A stretch of 64,000 bases of DNA from Eledone cirrhosa (GCA_964016885.1 OZ024741.1:108686001-108750000), one strand, 5' to 3'. Positions 28,350 through 42,209 are shown, numbered from the stretch's first letter. The notes: generated by a model not told the origin, from the letters alone. A program made the numbers and translations.

Positions 28350-28770
28350 TTTATGTATCCGGGAGAGATGACCCCTTAGCCTTTGTCAAGGCAGAATTCT
28401 AGGAGAAGGAAAACTCTGATCTAACACCTGCGACCCTGATGGTATCCAATGATGTTGACTTGTTCTTCTTTTTGGTAAATATCATCTTGGTTAAGAGAGT
28501 GAGATTGGCTTTGTGCAGTACCTTTGCTCACTATAAAAGCTTCACGACACAGCCGTTGCTATATATCTGGAATTCTCCTTGCACTAGTCGTCACATGGTA
28601 CCATGGGCCCAGCGCTATGTGTCAATAATTGTCACAAGTGTAGTGTTTGTACCAGAGTTTTCAAGTCGCTGGCAGGACTAAAAAGTCACACTCGTTCAGC
28701 GCATCAGTAGAGGTTCTCCTACATGGATATAAGGTAGTGGCCGTATTCGAAAACGAGTTGGCAGCCACCA
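28350..28770 (-). mobile_element. Interspersed repeat, SINE or RTE-tail-like
   Basis: Microsatellite-flanked; minus ATCAGAGTTTTCCTTCTCCTAGA..GCC..ACAAAGGCTAA resembles RTE-associated sequence; not firmly assigned. Confidence 0.4.
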
Positions 28771-28900
28771 TATATATTTATGTATATATGTATGTATGTG
28801 TATGTTTGTGTATATGTGTGTATATATATATATGTGTATATATGTGTATATATATATGTATATATATATATATATATGTATGTATGTGTGTGTGTATGTG

Positions 28901-28931
<31 letters not shown>

Positions 28932-29011
28932 GTATGTGTATATGTATGTATTTATATGTATGTGTATGTGTGTATATGTGTGTGTATATGTGTATATATA
29001 TATGTATGTGT

Positions 29012-29086
<75 letters not shown>

Positions 29087-29098
29087 TATATATATATA

Positions 29099-29155
<57 letters not shown>

Positions 29156-29165
29156 TACTATGTAT

Positions 29166-30540
29166 CTTCTAACACCACACCTCAAGGGCATATTTAGCAA
29201 AAATCATATTTAGCAAAAACTCACAATACTATAATCAGGTATTAGCTAGATCAGGCCATAATAATGAGATCGAGTTTCTACCTATAAAAACACATAGTTA
29301 CAACATTATTTCTCACAATATGTCCATGAGGAAAAATAGTTATAAGATTAATAACCACACACACACACTAATACGAAGGGTAGCAACAAACGTAACTCAC
29401 ACCAGAGAAGACACGAAAATACCATAAACGGAAACACCGCAACAGATGTATAAAAACAAAAATAGAAGAACTAATACATTTTTCAACCCCCCTTTCAATG
29501 TAAACGTCTCTACCAACCTACCTAAGGCTTTCTTCTCACTCTTGGATTAAAACTTCCCGTCTGGCCACAAGTACCATAGTCTTATAAATAAAAACACCAT
29601 TAAAATCTCCTACTCTACCATGCCTAACATAGAATACCACATAGCTAGTAGCAATAAAAGAAAGATTAATACTTACATTCAACAAACTAAAACACAGCAG
29701 GGGGTAAACTTTCAAAACAACGTAATATCTGCAAACCCTGATATCAATAGTAATAATAGTAATAACACTAATGAAATCAATAACATTGAGAACGACAACC
29801 CCCAAAGCCATAATGCAATACCTAGCAACCAGACTTCTACACAACATAATAACCGACAGGTTAACATCCAAAATAATTGTAACTGTAGATATAATAGAAC
29901 CTGCCCCTTAGGTAAAAACTGCTGAATCAAGGACATCATCTACTCATGCACGGTCAGAACTAGAAACTCTTCTGAAACCTATATAGGCTCTACTTCGAAC
30001 TGCTTCAAAACCAGATACAATTCACATCTCCATTCTTCCAAAAAACACAGTCTAGCCAACTCCACTTCACTATCTAGCTACATACACTATCTGAAAACTA
30101 GAAATAGATCATATACACTTCAATGGGAAGTGATAGATACGGCGGCATCGTACAGACCACCTAATCAATTCTGTAACCTCTGTCTACTAGAGACACATAT
30201 TATAATCTTTTCGAACCTTAACCTCCTTAATAAAAAATCGGAAGTGTTTGCGTCGTGCCAGCACCACTTCCGGCACTCCTTCCAAAACTTTAAACCCAAT
30301 ATATAACAATGTCAGACTTGAACCCATCATCGCTTCTAACACCACACGTCAAGGGCATACCTTACACCACTACACCACACTCTCTGATCCACCCTTCCCT
30401 AGACACAAATCATTCTATCTATCTATAACTTTATACCCTAGAAATATCCCCATAAACACCAATTTTTAATATAATTACTTTCAATTACTTATAATTATAT
30501 AGGGATAGAAATATAATACAGTCTATATAAACTTTAACTA
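29166..30540 (+). mobile_element. 5'-truncated Hydra-type PLE (thumb, CxCx5C linker, GIY-YIG)
   Basis: FNPPFNVNVSTN, NKNTIKISYSTMPN, CNCRYNRTCPLGKNC, IIYSC..YIGST..FKTRYNSH, CNLC..E, LLNKKSE..SCQH; in-frame stops. Confidence 0.85.
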
Positions 30541-30599
30541 CTAGATACGGCAGTGAATTATATATGCAATTGTAATTAAATGTATGGAGTAATAACTGT

Positions 30600-30732
30600 T
30601 TCTACTTTAGGCACAAGGCCAGCAATTACCCAGTGCATTACTGGTTATTTATTTTATCGACCCCGTAAGGATGAAAGGCAAAGTCAATCTCGGCGGGATT
30701 TGAACTCAGATCGTAAAGGGACGTAACTATGC
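30600..30732 (-). mobile_element. SINE fragment
   Basis: Reverse complement of the 12660/13680 family. Confidence 0.75.
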
Positions 30733-31376
30733 TTCTGCATCCCCTTGCATTCAACCACAAAGTTACTAAGACAAAACCTATATATTTGCTAGCATAGGTA
30801 TGCATCTGTATATATATATATGTTGGTAGATATACTAATTCTTTATAATTAACTCCAAATTGTTTTGTTGAGCAAAAATTTGCCAAAACTCCTACTATAG
30901 TTCATAGTAATGGTTCGGCTACTGTCTTTTTAACACCCTACTCCTCACTGATTAACCTCGATGTCACTTGATTGATTCTTTTGAATTTGCCACCGACCAA
31001 GTAGAGTGATTTTTTCAATGTCTTGGGATTTACTCCACGTTTGTTTTCTTTCCATCCACTGAATTATTTTTGTATAAGTTCCCTGTGTCCACGCATCGCC
31101 TGGTAACTTAGATGATAACAGACTTCCTGATGACGAAACGGCTTCTCCATGCTTTCCATTTGGAAACCATGTTTATTCCCTTTCAGAAACTAATTAGTTG
31201 GAGTGAAATTTTAGTAAGTAAGTTAATTTTTATAATTTTCTTATTTTACGTCTTTCATATAATTGTTCTGCATCCCCTTGCATTGAACCACAAAGTTAGT
31301 AAGACAAAACCTATATATTTGCTAGCATAGGTATGCATCTGTATATATATGTTGGTAGATATACTAATTCTTTATA
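30733..31376 (+). mobile_element. Non-coding ~530-nt HHR-containing unit with ~112-bp terminal direct repeat (retrozyme/pLTR-like)
   Basis: 30733-30847 repeated at 31266-31376; HHR at 31122-31204; ends in (TA)n. Confidence 0.75.
31122..31204 (+). ncRNA. Hammerhead motif with long stem II insert
   Basis: ACTTC-CTGATGA-cGAAA..TTTCa-GAAA-CTAATTAG-TT-GGAGT; palindromic ACTAATTAGT stem III; 5-bp stem I. Confidence 0.7.
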
Positions 31377-31389
31377 TATATATATATAA

Positions 31390-32700
31390 ACATGCGTGCT
31401 CCCACATACACTCATACCCCACTCCATATATATATCCAAACCCTGATTCAAGCTGCCCTCACCAGCGCCTTAAAACTGACTGTATCACAATCCTCTAACC
31501 CCACCACCACCCTCTCAACACCCACCTTCCTTTCCTCTCACTTACCTACGACATATGTTCCTTTGATACCGCAACCTGTCTTCTGACCTCGTCACTTATT
31601 GTTTCTTTCCAAACCCAGCCATCACCGCGCGTAATACGCAGTTCTTTCCCTTTCATCTCCTAGGTCCCACACAGCTTTCGTTCCTGTTCTCCTCCCCGCT
31701 GTAACACATTGTCCTTTCATTTTTAACTCACCACTTTCTCAGGCAATAATGGTTCATCCGTATGCGACACTCCATCACCTGCACATCCGACCACGTAGTC
31801 TATATCCCTACGTTGTTCCCTTCGCGGGTACATATACATCGAGACATATTTGAGGGACATACGAATCCACATGGATAACTCCGTCTCTCGTCATTTCTAT
31901 TCCCCAAGCCACTCTTCAATACATGTCTTATTACTTGGTCTCTCACTGATCGCTGATCTCGCACACCAGGACTGAGCAGAGTCAGATTGACAGCATTGCA
32001 TCTAGTTTCCCTAAAGGACTCAATTTCCGGCCCAATTTCTTTAATCTTACTACGCATACTCCTGCTTACTTCTGTACTCCTAGTCATTGTCGTTCCTACC
32101 TCTTCCGCTGTCACACACGCGTACATGGCTCTGTTATGTTCAGAAACACACACACTGACAGCTTATACAGAACAACAACCACACAGACACACACACACAC
32201 GCACACACACCGATATATATACACCCCTATGCTCCCAGCTTCGTAGTTACACACACACACATACACTTAAACTTACATATCACACACATGTCGTCTTAGA
32301 TTCATGTGGACGAATAACAAACAGGTACACACACACACATAAACGCGCGCGCACATGTACAGCTTTATATACAAAACGATTTATTTCCTTTTCAGCTAGA
32401 TGCGTTCGATCACCGCCATGTGAAACAAGATTATCTTACATAATACGCCAGCATCAACAGTTTTTTTAAGAAATGGTGACGTGAATAGACCTGTTCTTCC
32501 TCTAACAAATTTTTTTTTGTTTTTGTTCCTGCCATTGCTCGGCCTTCTCAATCTTTCTATTTCTTCTTTAATTTCTCATTATGTTTTCTGATGAACGACC
32601 AGCGTCCGACACCACTTTTCCTACTAAATCAAGCATAAAACTAATAACATATGTCTCCATTGTACTATGTCGTTTGCTTCGTTATATCTGTTTGCTGTGA
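31390..32700 (+). mobile_element. Highly decayed Neptune-like PLE 3' end
   Basis: HSITCTSDHVVY, YIET, DNSVSRHF, FPKGLN remnants; (CA)-rich UTR homologous to 59360-60110; decayed HHR at ~32588. Confidence 0.65.
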
Positions 32701-33284
32701 ACACACACACGGGACCCCCCCCCCCCACATATATATATGTATATTTATATATATATATATATATATATTGTCTTTTAATCTGGTGGCCAGTAAAGAGTCG
32801 AAGTTTATAACAAGATTTCAATGATGAATGTAATCATTATTTTCAGGTTTGTAATTTAACAGTTGTACACCAAATTTCTGTCTGAACCTATAGAGGAGAC
32901 TGTCGGTGTTGACGGCAGAATTCAATGAAAAACTAATCACTGATTTGATGAATATTAGGTGCATCATGTCTTGATGGTTTCCTATGTGTGCGTGTGTGGG
33001 TGCGTTATTGTCTGTATATCTGAGAGCTTGTATTACATTGTCACTGAATTCAATATGGAAAAATGCCAAAACGCCTTGAAGCGATATAATTACACGCCTA
33101 ACACAGATAATCCTTACTGGAACAAACAGTTAGTAAGGGTGGTGAGATAGATACTTTCTTTGCGAACATTGAAATCAGTTTACAATGATCGAGAATGTAC
33201 AATATTTAATAACAAACGAGAAGTGGAAGAAATATGAGAATAATAAAAAGTGAAAAAGACAAATACAAACCAATAATAAAAATA

Positions 33285-33890
33285 ATGGTTTCTGAGTCAG
33301 GCACAACGCCAACAATTTTAGGGGATGGAAAAGTCGATTAAATCAACCTCAGTGTGTTACTGGTACTTTATTTTATCGTCCCCGCAAGTATGAAAGGCCA
33401 AGCTAGCGACGGCGGTATTTGAAATCAGAACATAAAGGGCACTGTACGATACTATCATTTTTGTTATTTCTAGGGTGGTGGATTGGCAGTATCGGTAGAG
33501 CGTTGGACACCATGCTTTGCAGCATAGAGTTATGGTCATTTATGGTCTGAGTTCAAATACCACCGAGGTTAGCTTTACCTGTCTTCCTTAAGGGGTTGAT
33601 AACTAAAACAGCAGTAATGTACTGGGGTCGATTTAATCGACTTTCCCCTCCCCTTCAAATTACTGGCCTTGTACCTGAAGTAGAAACAATTATTATTATA
33701 ATGGTTTCGTATATAGGCACAAGGCCAATCATTTTTTTGAGGGGTAGTTCGATTAAATCGACCCCAGTACGTGACTGGTACTTTATCCGTAAGGATGAAA
33801 GGCAAAGTTAACCTTTGATGTCAGACCGTAAAGGGACGTAACTCTATGCTGCAAAGCATGGTGTCCGACTCTCTACCGATACTGCCAATT
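33285..33890. mobile_element. Cluster of three SINE copies (-, +, -)
   Basis: Family core at ~33290-33450 (-), 33475-33690 (+) and 33700-33890 (-). Confidence 0.8.
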
Positions 33891-34825
33891 ATAATGTGAA
33901 CATTTTTTGGAGGTTAGATAGTTTCTGAGATTATGTGGAATACTTGGTCTGTTTAACACCGTTACATGGCATTAGTGGAGTCCACCATGTTAGTGTTCGG
34001 ACCAGAACACCATCTTGAGGATATCTTCTTCCCACAAAATACAGAGTTCTCGTATAAAGCTCATATGTGCTGTTCGTCCTCCTTGACTAATTTGCTGAAA
34101 AGGAATGAACACTACAATACCCAGTTTTGTCCTCGTCATTTACCTATCTAGCAACGAATGTGAAAGAGATACATTTCTAGTAGAGGATTAACTTGTAAGA
34201 GAAATAGCAAAAATAACTGCATTAATATTTTTTTTGGAAAATATTAATGAAATGATCAATAATATAGATTATTACTTTATAAATAATATATTAAATAGCC
34301 AGCTTTCTATTAGATATTTGTCTTTTCATTATTTTTTAAATTATAGTATTGGCTGAAAATATGGTTAATTCTTCTAGACATAAAAATGTTTTATCGGATC
34401 TGATAACAATTTAAGACAGTACTCTGTAGACAAAGTGAAACTGAGCAAAATATGTACAAATAGTTTCTTCTGATTTGCAAATAAGATCACTCTGACCTTA
34501 TATGAGAGGTCATATTTACGATAAGGATGTCTAAATACCTAAGATACACCCTGATCAGCATTCCCCAAAATTGCTGAATGACTACACAGGTGCTTTTTCT
34601 GTAAAGTAGTGTTTTCTGTGCCTTCCTCTTCTATATCTCTATATCTCTATCGCTCTATTTCATCTTTTATTTCTCATTCTATCTTCGATCTTCTGGTGAA
34701 GGACCATTCTCCAAAACGTAAATGGTCTCTTCCTAATATATTAAGTATTATACTAATATATTTCTTCATTGTACTGTGTTGTTTGCTCTGATCTTTCCGT
34801 ATACTTATTGCTTACATATATACAC

Positions 34826-34867
<42 letters not shown>

Positions 34868-35588
34868 ATATATATATGCAAATGATAAATGATTTAATGG
34901 TTTGATATAGGAAAAGATTCGTAACGTTTCGGGTGTTAGTCCTTTAATACAATATAGAATGAGAGACAAAAGAAGAAATAAAAATATAGACGTGAATAAA
35001 AGACGAAGAAATCAAAAATGTAAATTTTTAGAGAGAAAGCAAGTGATTTTAATCACACAGGGTGTGTGTTTATATGTCGGTGTTTGTGTAATAACACTAT
35101 TTTCCTATAAAATGAACAATATGCATAAATGAACAATAGCAAACCATCTGGTATCATCAACAAACAGACTGAGTATTCTTTCTTACAACATCTGACTCAA
35201 ATTCAGTTTGAAATGGCTTCTACGACAATCGATTTAATCATTATGAAAGTGAAAATTAAATGCTGATTAATTAATTCCAAAGATAGTATATTGGAAATTG
35301 TGCTTAAAGCAATAAGCTATAAAATCCGTGTTATTATATTGTTGAAGATCTTCATTGCTTTCGTCAACTACGTAGTTTAAAAATTTGTTCAGTTTATACT
35401 TCAATGGAAATTAGACCGATATTAAGTGTAATATAATGCACGTGAAAATATCATGATACGTGTACTCACACATAACCAGAGTCATTATCAAATATGTATA
35501 TATACATACTTACATATACATATTTATTCACGCGCGCGCACACCTATCCCCCCTCCCTATATTCATATATATATATATATATAAATAT

Positions 35589-35629
<41 letters not shown>

Positions 35630-35639
35630 TACATATATA

Positions 35640-35746
<107 letters not shown>

Positions 35747-35968
35747 GAGAGAGAGGGAGAGAGAGAACTTGAAATACCAACATTTAAGATATGTCGGTCT
35801 CCATATAACCAGGTGTCTTACCTAAAGAATCTCTGTCTGATAGAACCGTGTCCTAATTGCATAAAAATATCATTGTGTAATTGCAGCTCATACCACAGAA
35901 TATGTACAACAGTAAATGACACAATTCAGTGAATTGTGGATAGCTTAGCTTCATATTTATTATATATG

Positions 35969-36000
<32 letters not shown>

Positions 36001-36109
36001 TATACATATATATATGATGGCTGCCCCCTCGTTATCGAATATGGGCATTGCACGATATACCATTATTAATAATTATTAATTAATTCTATCGTGCAATGAC
36101 TGTGCGTGT

Positions 36110-36192
<83 letters not shown>

Positions 36193-36227
36193 CATACATA
36201 CATACATACATACATACATACATACAT

Positions 36228-36270
<43 letters not shown>

Positions 36271-36330
36271 TGTTAGTTTCAATTCCACTTCTTGTTCTAT
36301 CTTTCTCTTTGATATTTTATTACTCAGTCC

Positions 36331-36370
36331 ATCTTCTGATGAAGGACTTGTGTCCGAAACGTAAAACCTT
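36331..36370 (+). ncRNA. Minimal type I hammerhead motif in PLE-type tail
   Basis: tt-CTGATGA-aGGAC ttgt GTCC-GAAA-CGTA-aa; decayed relatives at ~32588, ~34693 and ~59988. Confidence 0.7.
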
Positions 36371-36680
36371 TGCTCTACCCTACCAAGCGTTAATCTGTAA
36401 GTAAATTAAGTTGCTATAAAAGAGTTCATATAAAATAGGGCAAATTCACTTCAAATTGCCACCGGCTGCTAGGAGGGACCGAATTTAGATAGAAGCTGAG
36501 TTCTTTAGCTATAGATCTAAGGGATTCCGACAACACCTTACGGTCTAAATTAAGGAGATGAATAAAAAGATTTTGAAAATGTAAAAAATGTAAACAACAT
36601 ATGCGAAGCTCAAACTTTGGAACTTACGAAGCGCTGAAAGAATAAATTTATAGATGTTGTATAATCCCTCGTAGCAGCCG

Positions 36681-36832
<152 letters not shown>

Positions 36833-37442
36833 TGTGTGCGTGTGTGTGTGTATAAGAGTCATTACCGTACTTTATAAGCTATTTTATTGAAATTGACTGC
36901 ACATGAGCATACCACAAATCACAGATATAAATAGAGAAGAAAAAATATGTTTTCTTACGTATAGGTTAAATTTCTATAAACTTATTGTACATGCTTGTAT
37001 ATGTTTTCATATACAACCATATTGTGTATAAAAGCTGTCTTAGTGATACTGCCAATTACTTATAAACAGCTTTAAGTTTGTACTACAGGCAAGTGAGATT
37101 TTCCAGCCAATATTTTCTGTTTGTTATATGCAAATGAGCATATCCAGAACATGTTCATCACGCAAAAGATTAAATAGATTCTACTCTATATCCCTGTCTG
37201 TGAGGGACACTGATCAAAGATTAACAAACCATGAAACTGCAATGTCTGACGTTCTCAACCGTGCTGGCATCTCTAATGTATTCAGAAAAATAACAGTAAA
37301 AATGTTTTCGTTACGAAAACAGTTTTCTTTGATAGCAAGTCTACCCATATGTTTATTGTATATGAACTCATAATATATATTTACATATGTTTTCATTTGT
37401 CATATACACATGGGCTTAAACTCGATCGTAGTGTTACTGTCA

Positions 37443-37492
<50 letters not shown>

Positions 37493-37502
37493 CATATATA
37501 TA

Positions 37503-37645
37503 TAAAAAATAACAGATTAAAGTTTAAGCAAAGAATCGCTGCTTTCACCGTTAATGGGATCTTCTGAAAATATTATATTTGATATATATTTATTCTTATC
37601 GAGCCCTCTTTGGATTTTAGTCTTCACATTTATTATTACTATGTG
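37503..37645. mobile_element. Head-to-head PLE-tail micro-insertion, same family as 63711-63930
   Basis: Left half matches 63714-63775, right half matches ~63853-63925; (TA)n flanks. Confidence 0.75.
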
Positions 37646-37667
37646 TATATATATATATATATATATA

Positions 37668-39314
37668 TACATTTAAAGTATATGATAAACACGAAATGTG
37701 TTTACATTGCAACAGACAAAGTTAGCTATTAATGAAATAAACTAATAAAAGTGAATACAATTTGTCTGTCTCGATACAAGTCAATAAAGACAAGTTTATA
37801 TTGGCAACTGCCATGATTCCTGGACATATTTAAATTTCAAAATTCAAACCTGTTCTGTAGACGAATTTGAACCTCGAAACCCAAATAAGTTTCGCAATGG
37901 TGGAATGTGAATTGAAAAATAAAGAGAATCGAAATGGAATAGAAATAAAAGAGTGAAATATCCAAATCATCTGTGCATATTAACAGGAATCCAGTTAGAT
38001 TAGTCCATCTCACATCAAAAATTTTGCAGGACTGACTACACGTGGGTAGGCAGGCCAAAACTAGCTGTCCCACATTCACGGTGCTAGAAATAACAGCCGC
38101 TTATGCAGGATTAAGGATCAGCTCTTATAATAAAGGAGCTATACATTATATTATATTTTGAGAATAAACTCTCAGTCGTTTACAATAATTAAGCTCCAGG
38201 AAGGGGCTCTTCCGAGCAGTTAAATACATTTAAAGTATATGATAAACACGAAATGTGTTTACATTGCAACAGACAAAGTTAGCTATTAATGAAATAAACT
38301 AATAAAAGTGAATACAATTTGTCTGTCTCGATACAAGTCAATAAAGACAAGTTTATATCTAACTGGATTCCTGTTGATATGCACAGATGATTTGGATATT
38401 TCACTCTTTTATTTCTATTCCATTTCGATTCTCTTTATTTTTCAATTCACATTCCACCATTGCGAAACTTATTTGGGTTTCGAGGTACAAATTCGTCTAC
38501 AGAACAGGTTTGAATTTTGAAATTTAAGTATGTCCAGGAATCATGGCAGTTGCCAATATAAACTTGTCTTTATTGACTTGTATCGAGACAGACAAATTGT
38601 ATTCCCTTTTATTAGTTTATTTCATTAATAGCTAACTTCGTCTGTTACAATGTAAACACATTTCGTGTTTATCATATACTTTAAATGTATTTAACTGCTC
38701 GGAAGAGCCCCTTCCTGGAGCTTAATTATTGTAAACGACTGAGAGTTTATTCTCAAAATATAATATAATGTATAGCTCCTTTATTGTAAGAGCTGATCCT
38801 TAATCCTGCATAAGCGGCTGTTATTTCTAGCACCGTGAATGTGGGATAGCTAGTTTTGGCCTGCCTCCCCACGTGTAGTCAGTCCTGCAAAATTTTTGAT
38901 GTGAGATGGACTAATCTAACTGGATTCCTGTTGATATGCACAGATGATTTGGATATTTCACTCTTTTATTTCTATTCCATTTCGATTCTCTTTATTTTTC
39001 AATTCACATTCCACCATTGCGAAACTTATTTGGGTTTCGAGGTTCAAATTCGTCTACAGAACAAGTTTGAATTTTGAAATTTAAATATGTCCAGGAATCA
39101 TGGCAGTTGCCAATTTAAACTTGTCTTTATTGACTTGTATCGAGACAGACAAATTGTATTCACTTTTATTAGTTTATTTCATTAATAGCTAACTTTGTCT
39201 GTTGCAATGTAAACACATTTCGTGTTTATCATATACTTTAAATGTATTTAACTGCTCGGAAGAGCCCCTTCCTGGAGCTTAATTATTGTAAACGACTGAG
39301 AGTTTATTCTCAAA

Positions 39315-39322
<8 letters not shown>
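37668..39322. repeat. Head-to-head tandem array of a 557-bp unit (1.24 copies inverted, 1.73 copies forward)
   Basis: Period 557 in both arms (37670/38227; 38687/39244); inversion junction at ~38357; (TA)n on both sides. Confidence 0.92.
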
Positions 39323-39372
<50 letters not shown>

Positions 39373-39374
<2 letters not shown>

Positions 39375-39933
39375 AGGATTGGTGCTCTGAAACAGCGAAC
39401 GATCTATAGATGAATATATGTACAGTATATTTGGCAATATACTGTATGTTTAGTTAAAAATATTTTGAAGACCTTGCGCTATTATTTTAAAGTAGTGACT
39501 ATGTCACTTATTTCTTTTTCAGCAAAGAGAGGGAGATAAGCTGACAGATCTGTTTCACACTGTTGGTGTTCATCAGAGCATAGCACTCGCCGACCTTTGT
39601 CGAAAATTATAGAGGCTGGATTCTTATAGAATTCCAATAATAATCAGAGTACCAATCCTAATTTACAATTTTTGCTGGAAAGGCAATCGCTCTGTATAAT
39701 CAGTTCCTGATTATTACTGGAATTCTATAAGAATCCAGCCTCTATAATTTTCAGCAAAGGTCGGCGAGTTCTAGGCTCTGATGAACACCAAGAATGTGAA
39801 ACAGATCTGTCAGCTTATCTCCCTTCCTTTGCTGAAAAGAGAAGTAAGTGACATTGTCACTACTTTAAAATAATAGCGCAAGGTCTTCAAAAAACGTTTT
39901 TAATTATACATACAGTATATTGCCAAATATACT

Positions 39934-39940
<7 letters not shown>
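39373..39940. mobile_element. Palindromic PLE-tail insertion with canonical HHR on both strands
   Basis: Arms ~39420-39647 and ~39707-39935; HHR GCT-CTGATGA-ACAC caaca GTGT-GAAA-CAGATCTGTC-AGC at 39538-39581 (-) and 39773-39816 (+). Confidence 0.9.
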
Positions 39941-40009
<69 letters not shown>

Positions 40010-40011
40010 GT

Positions 40012-40130
40012 GAAGGCGTGTGGCTGAGTGGTTAGAGAATTGGATTCGCAATCGTAAGGTTGTGAGTTCAATTCCTGGACTAGGCGACACGTTATGTCCT
40101 TGAGCAAGACACTTTATTTCACGTTGCTCC
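40012..40130 (+). mobile_element. tRNA-derived SINE, 5' part
   Basis: TGGCTGAGTGG A-box, GAGTTCAATTCC B-box, GTCCTTGAGCAAGACACTT core. Confidence 0.85.
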
Positions 40131-40227
40131 TTCTACCTGGAGTTGCGACCGATAGATAGTATTAGCTATTGGAAAGACCAACGGAAACATTGTTCCCTCG
40201 GTCCGATTTGACGAACGTCGATCGTTC

Positions 40228-40297
<70 letters not shown>

Positions 40298-40460
40298 GAT
40301 AGCAAAATATCGTTATAGGTAATCAAATTAGAGGTTGCGAATACTTCTTATTATGGATAGTTTTAGCGTACGGCGTTGCTTGACTCAACAAGAGGTTTAC
40401 GTAGATGATAAGTTTATGATTTCACTCGTATTCCTATGTAAGTTTATCTTGGAGTAATAA

Positions 40461-41731
40461 AATTGAAAAAGTGGATAATAACATGGTCAACAGTACAAAA
40501 AAGGAGATTTATTTACAGTCTAACAATTGTTTCACTAATAGAGTTGTCTAAAAATTGCTAGACACTGAAAGTCGTGCCACTCAATTTAAAATACATGTTG
40601 GCCCCATCATATCTTCAGAAATTGTCAAAAATTATAATTAGCGTAACCGGCAAATTTACAAATTCAAATTATAACATCAATCATAATATTAATAATAAAG
40701 ATATGGAGAGAAAAAAAGGAAGGGAGATAGATATAGTAAAGAGAGAAATGAAAGGAAGAAGAAAGAAGAAAGAAAAAGAAAAAGAGATATAGAAAGAAGA
40801 AGATAAAGGAGATATTAATACAGCTAAAAATAAGATGCGTAGAATATGATGGACAACACAAGTAGAGATAGCGTAGGATAGAGAGAAGAATGTGGAGATA
40901 CAAATAGATGAATATGATAGACAAACACAAGTAGAAATACGATAGAGAGAAGGAGGTAGAGGGGCAAATAGATGAATAAACGTTAATACATGAATAAATG
41001 CAAGTAAAATTAAAGATAGATATATAGAAATATATGAGGAAAGAAATGAAAAAATATATAAAAAATATATAAAATAATATATATAAAAAAATTGATAGAT
41101 AAATAAATAAATAAATTAATTAATTAATAAAAAATAAATAAATTACATCTAATGTAATATAAAATGTTATAATATGTGAAAAGTGAAGATGAAAATAAAT
41201 AAATGTAAAAGAAGTAAAAAAATACGAAGAATATTTAAACATGTTAAGATTATTGAGAAATAGTTTTCGATAATTGTTAAATAAATGGATAGATATTAAG
41301 TTGAAAATATGATAATGTTAAATATATTTATGTGTGTATTGGTTATTTTAATAAGTAAATTAACTAGTTTTAAGATATATTATATGAAAAGATAAAATGA
41401 CCGAGATGAAATAGGTTTAGGGAGAGAAATGCAAAGATAGAGAGTGAAAGATAGAGATATATAAAATAAGAATGTAAATATAAGAGGTTTTGATGCTGTT
41501 CTTTGGTAATTATAATGGTGAATATGCTGCTGATAATGTGATATCGTAGTAGACCCAAGTGGTACAATCAGGGTTATGGAATGGATAAGATGGAATTAAG
41601 TTGGTCTAAAGTTCTCGAATTTCGTTGCTGATTTATGTCGACAAAAAATAATTCGTTCAATTTTACTGTTAAGAAGAATTTTGTTGAAATTGTTTGTACT
41701 GTTGACCATGTTATTCTCCCCCTTTTCAATT
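40461..41731 (-). mobile_element. Hydra-type PLE 3' end with short inverted tail copy
   Basis: Minus LLNSKIERIIFCRHK..stop (41596-41680); 40461-40500 inverted at ~41694-41731; decayed GAAACAATTGT HHR half at ~40522. Confidence 0.7.
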
Positions 41732-41747
41732 ATATATATATATATAT

Positions 41748-42209
41748 GAAAAAATGGGGAGAAGAATACTGCTGGTTGCACATGGATAACATGTAATAAA
41801 ATAAGTCCCTCATCAGTGATTTGCCAACGATCATAGATATTTCATTGCATTAAAAATCATATACCTCACGTCGGTGCAATAATAACTAAATTAAGTTATT
41901 AGGACAATTAAAACGCGTAAAGCGAGTGAAACAAGATAACAAAGAGGATAGCTAACCGTAGAAGGAAGGGAACAAGCTTCATAGTTATTCTGTTAGCATA
42001 AGCTAGGTGAATATATGAGCGCTTAGAAAAAAGACCTTTCAGGAGCGAATTCAAATGTGAGAAAGAGAGAAAATGATTTCGTCGCGAACGTAGTGAAGTG
42101 AGAAGAGGAGAAACAGTGAGTGAATGAGTGGAAGTGTGAGGAAGAGTTAACTGACATGACAGAGGGGGCGAAAGAAAGTAGGAGAAACAGAGAGAGCGAG
42201 GGAGCAGTA

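Noticed and set aside
37837-39077. Repeated ~70-80 aa ORF (LTGFLLICTDDLDISLF..) in three copies
   Set aside because: By-product of the 557-bp repeat; no ATG start or recognisable motif
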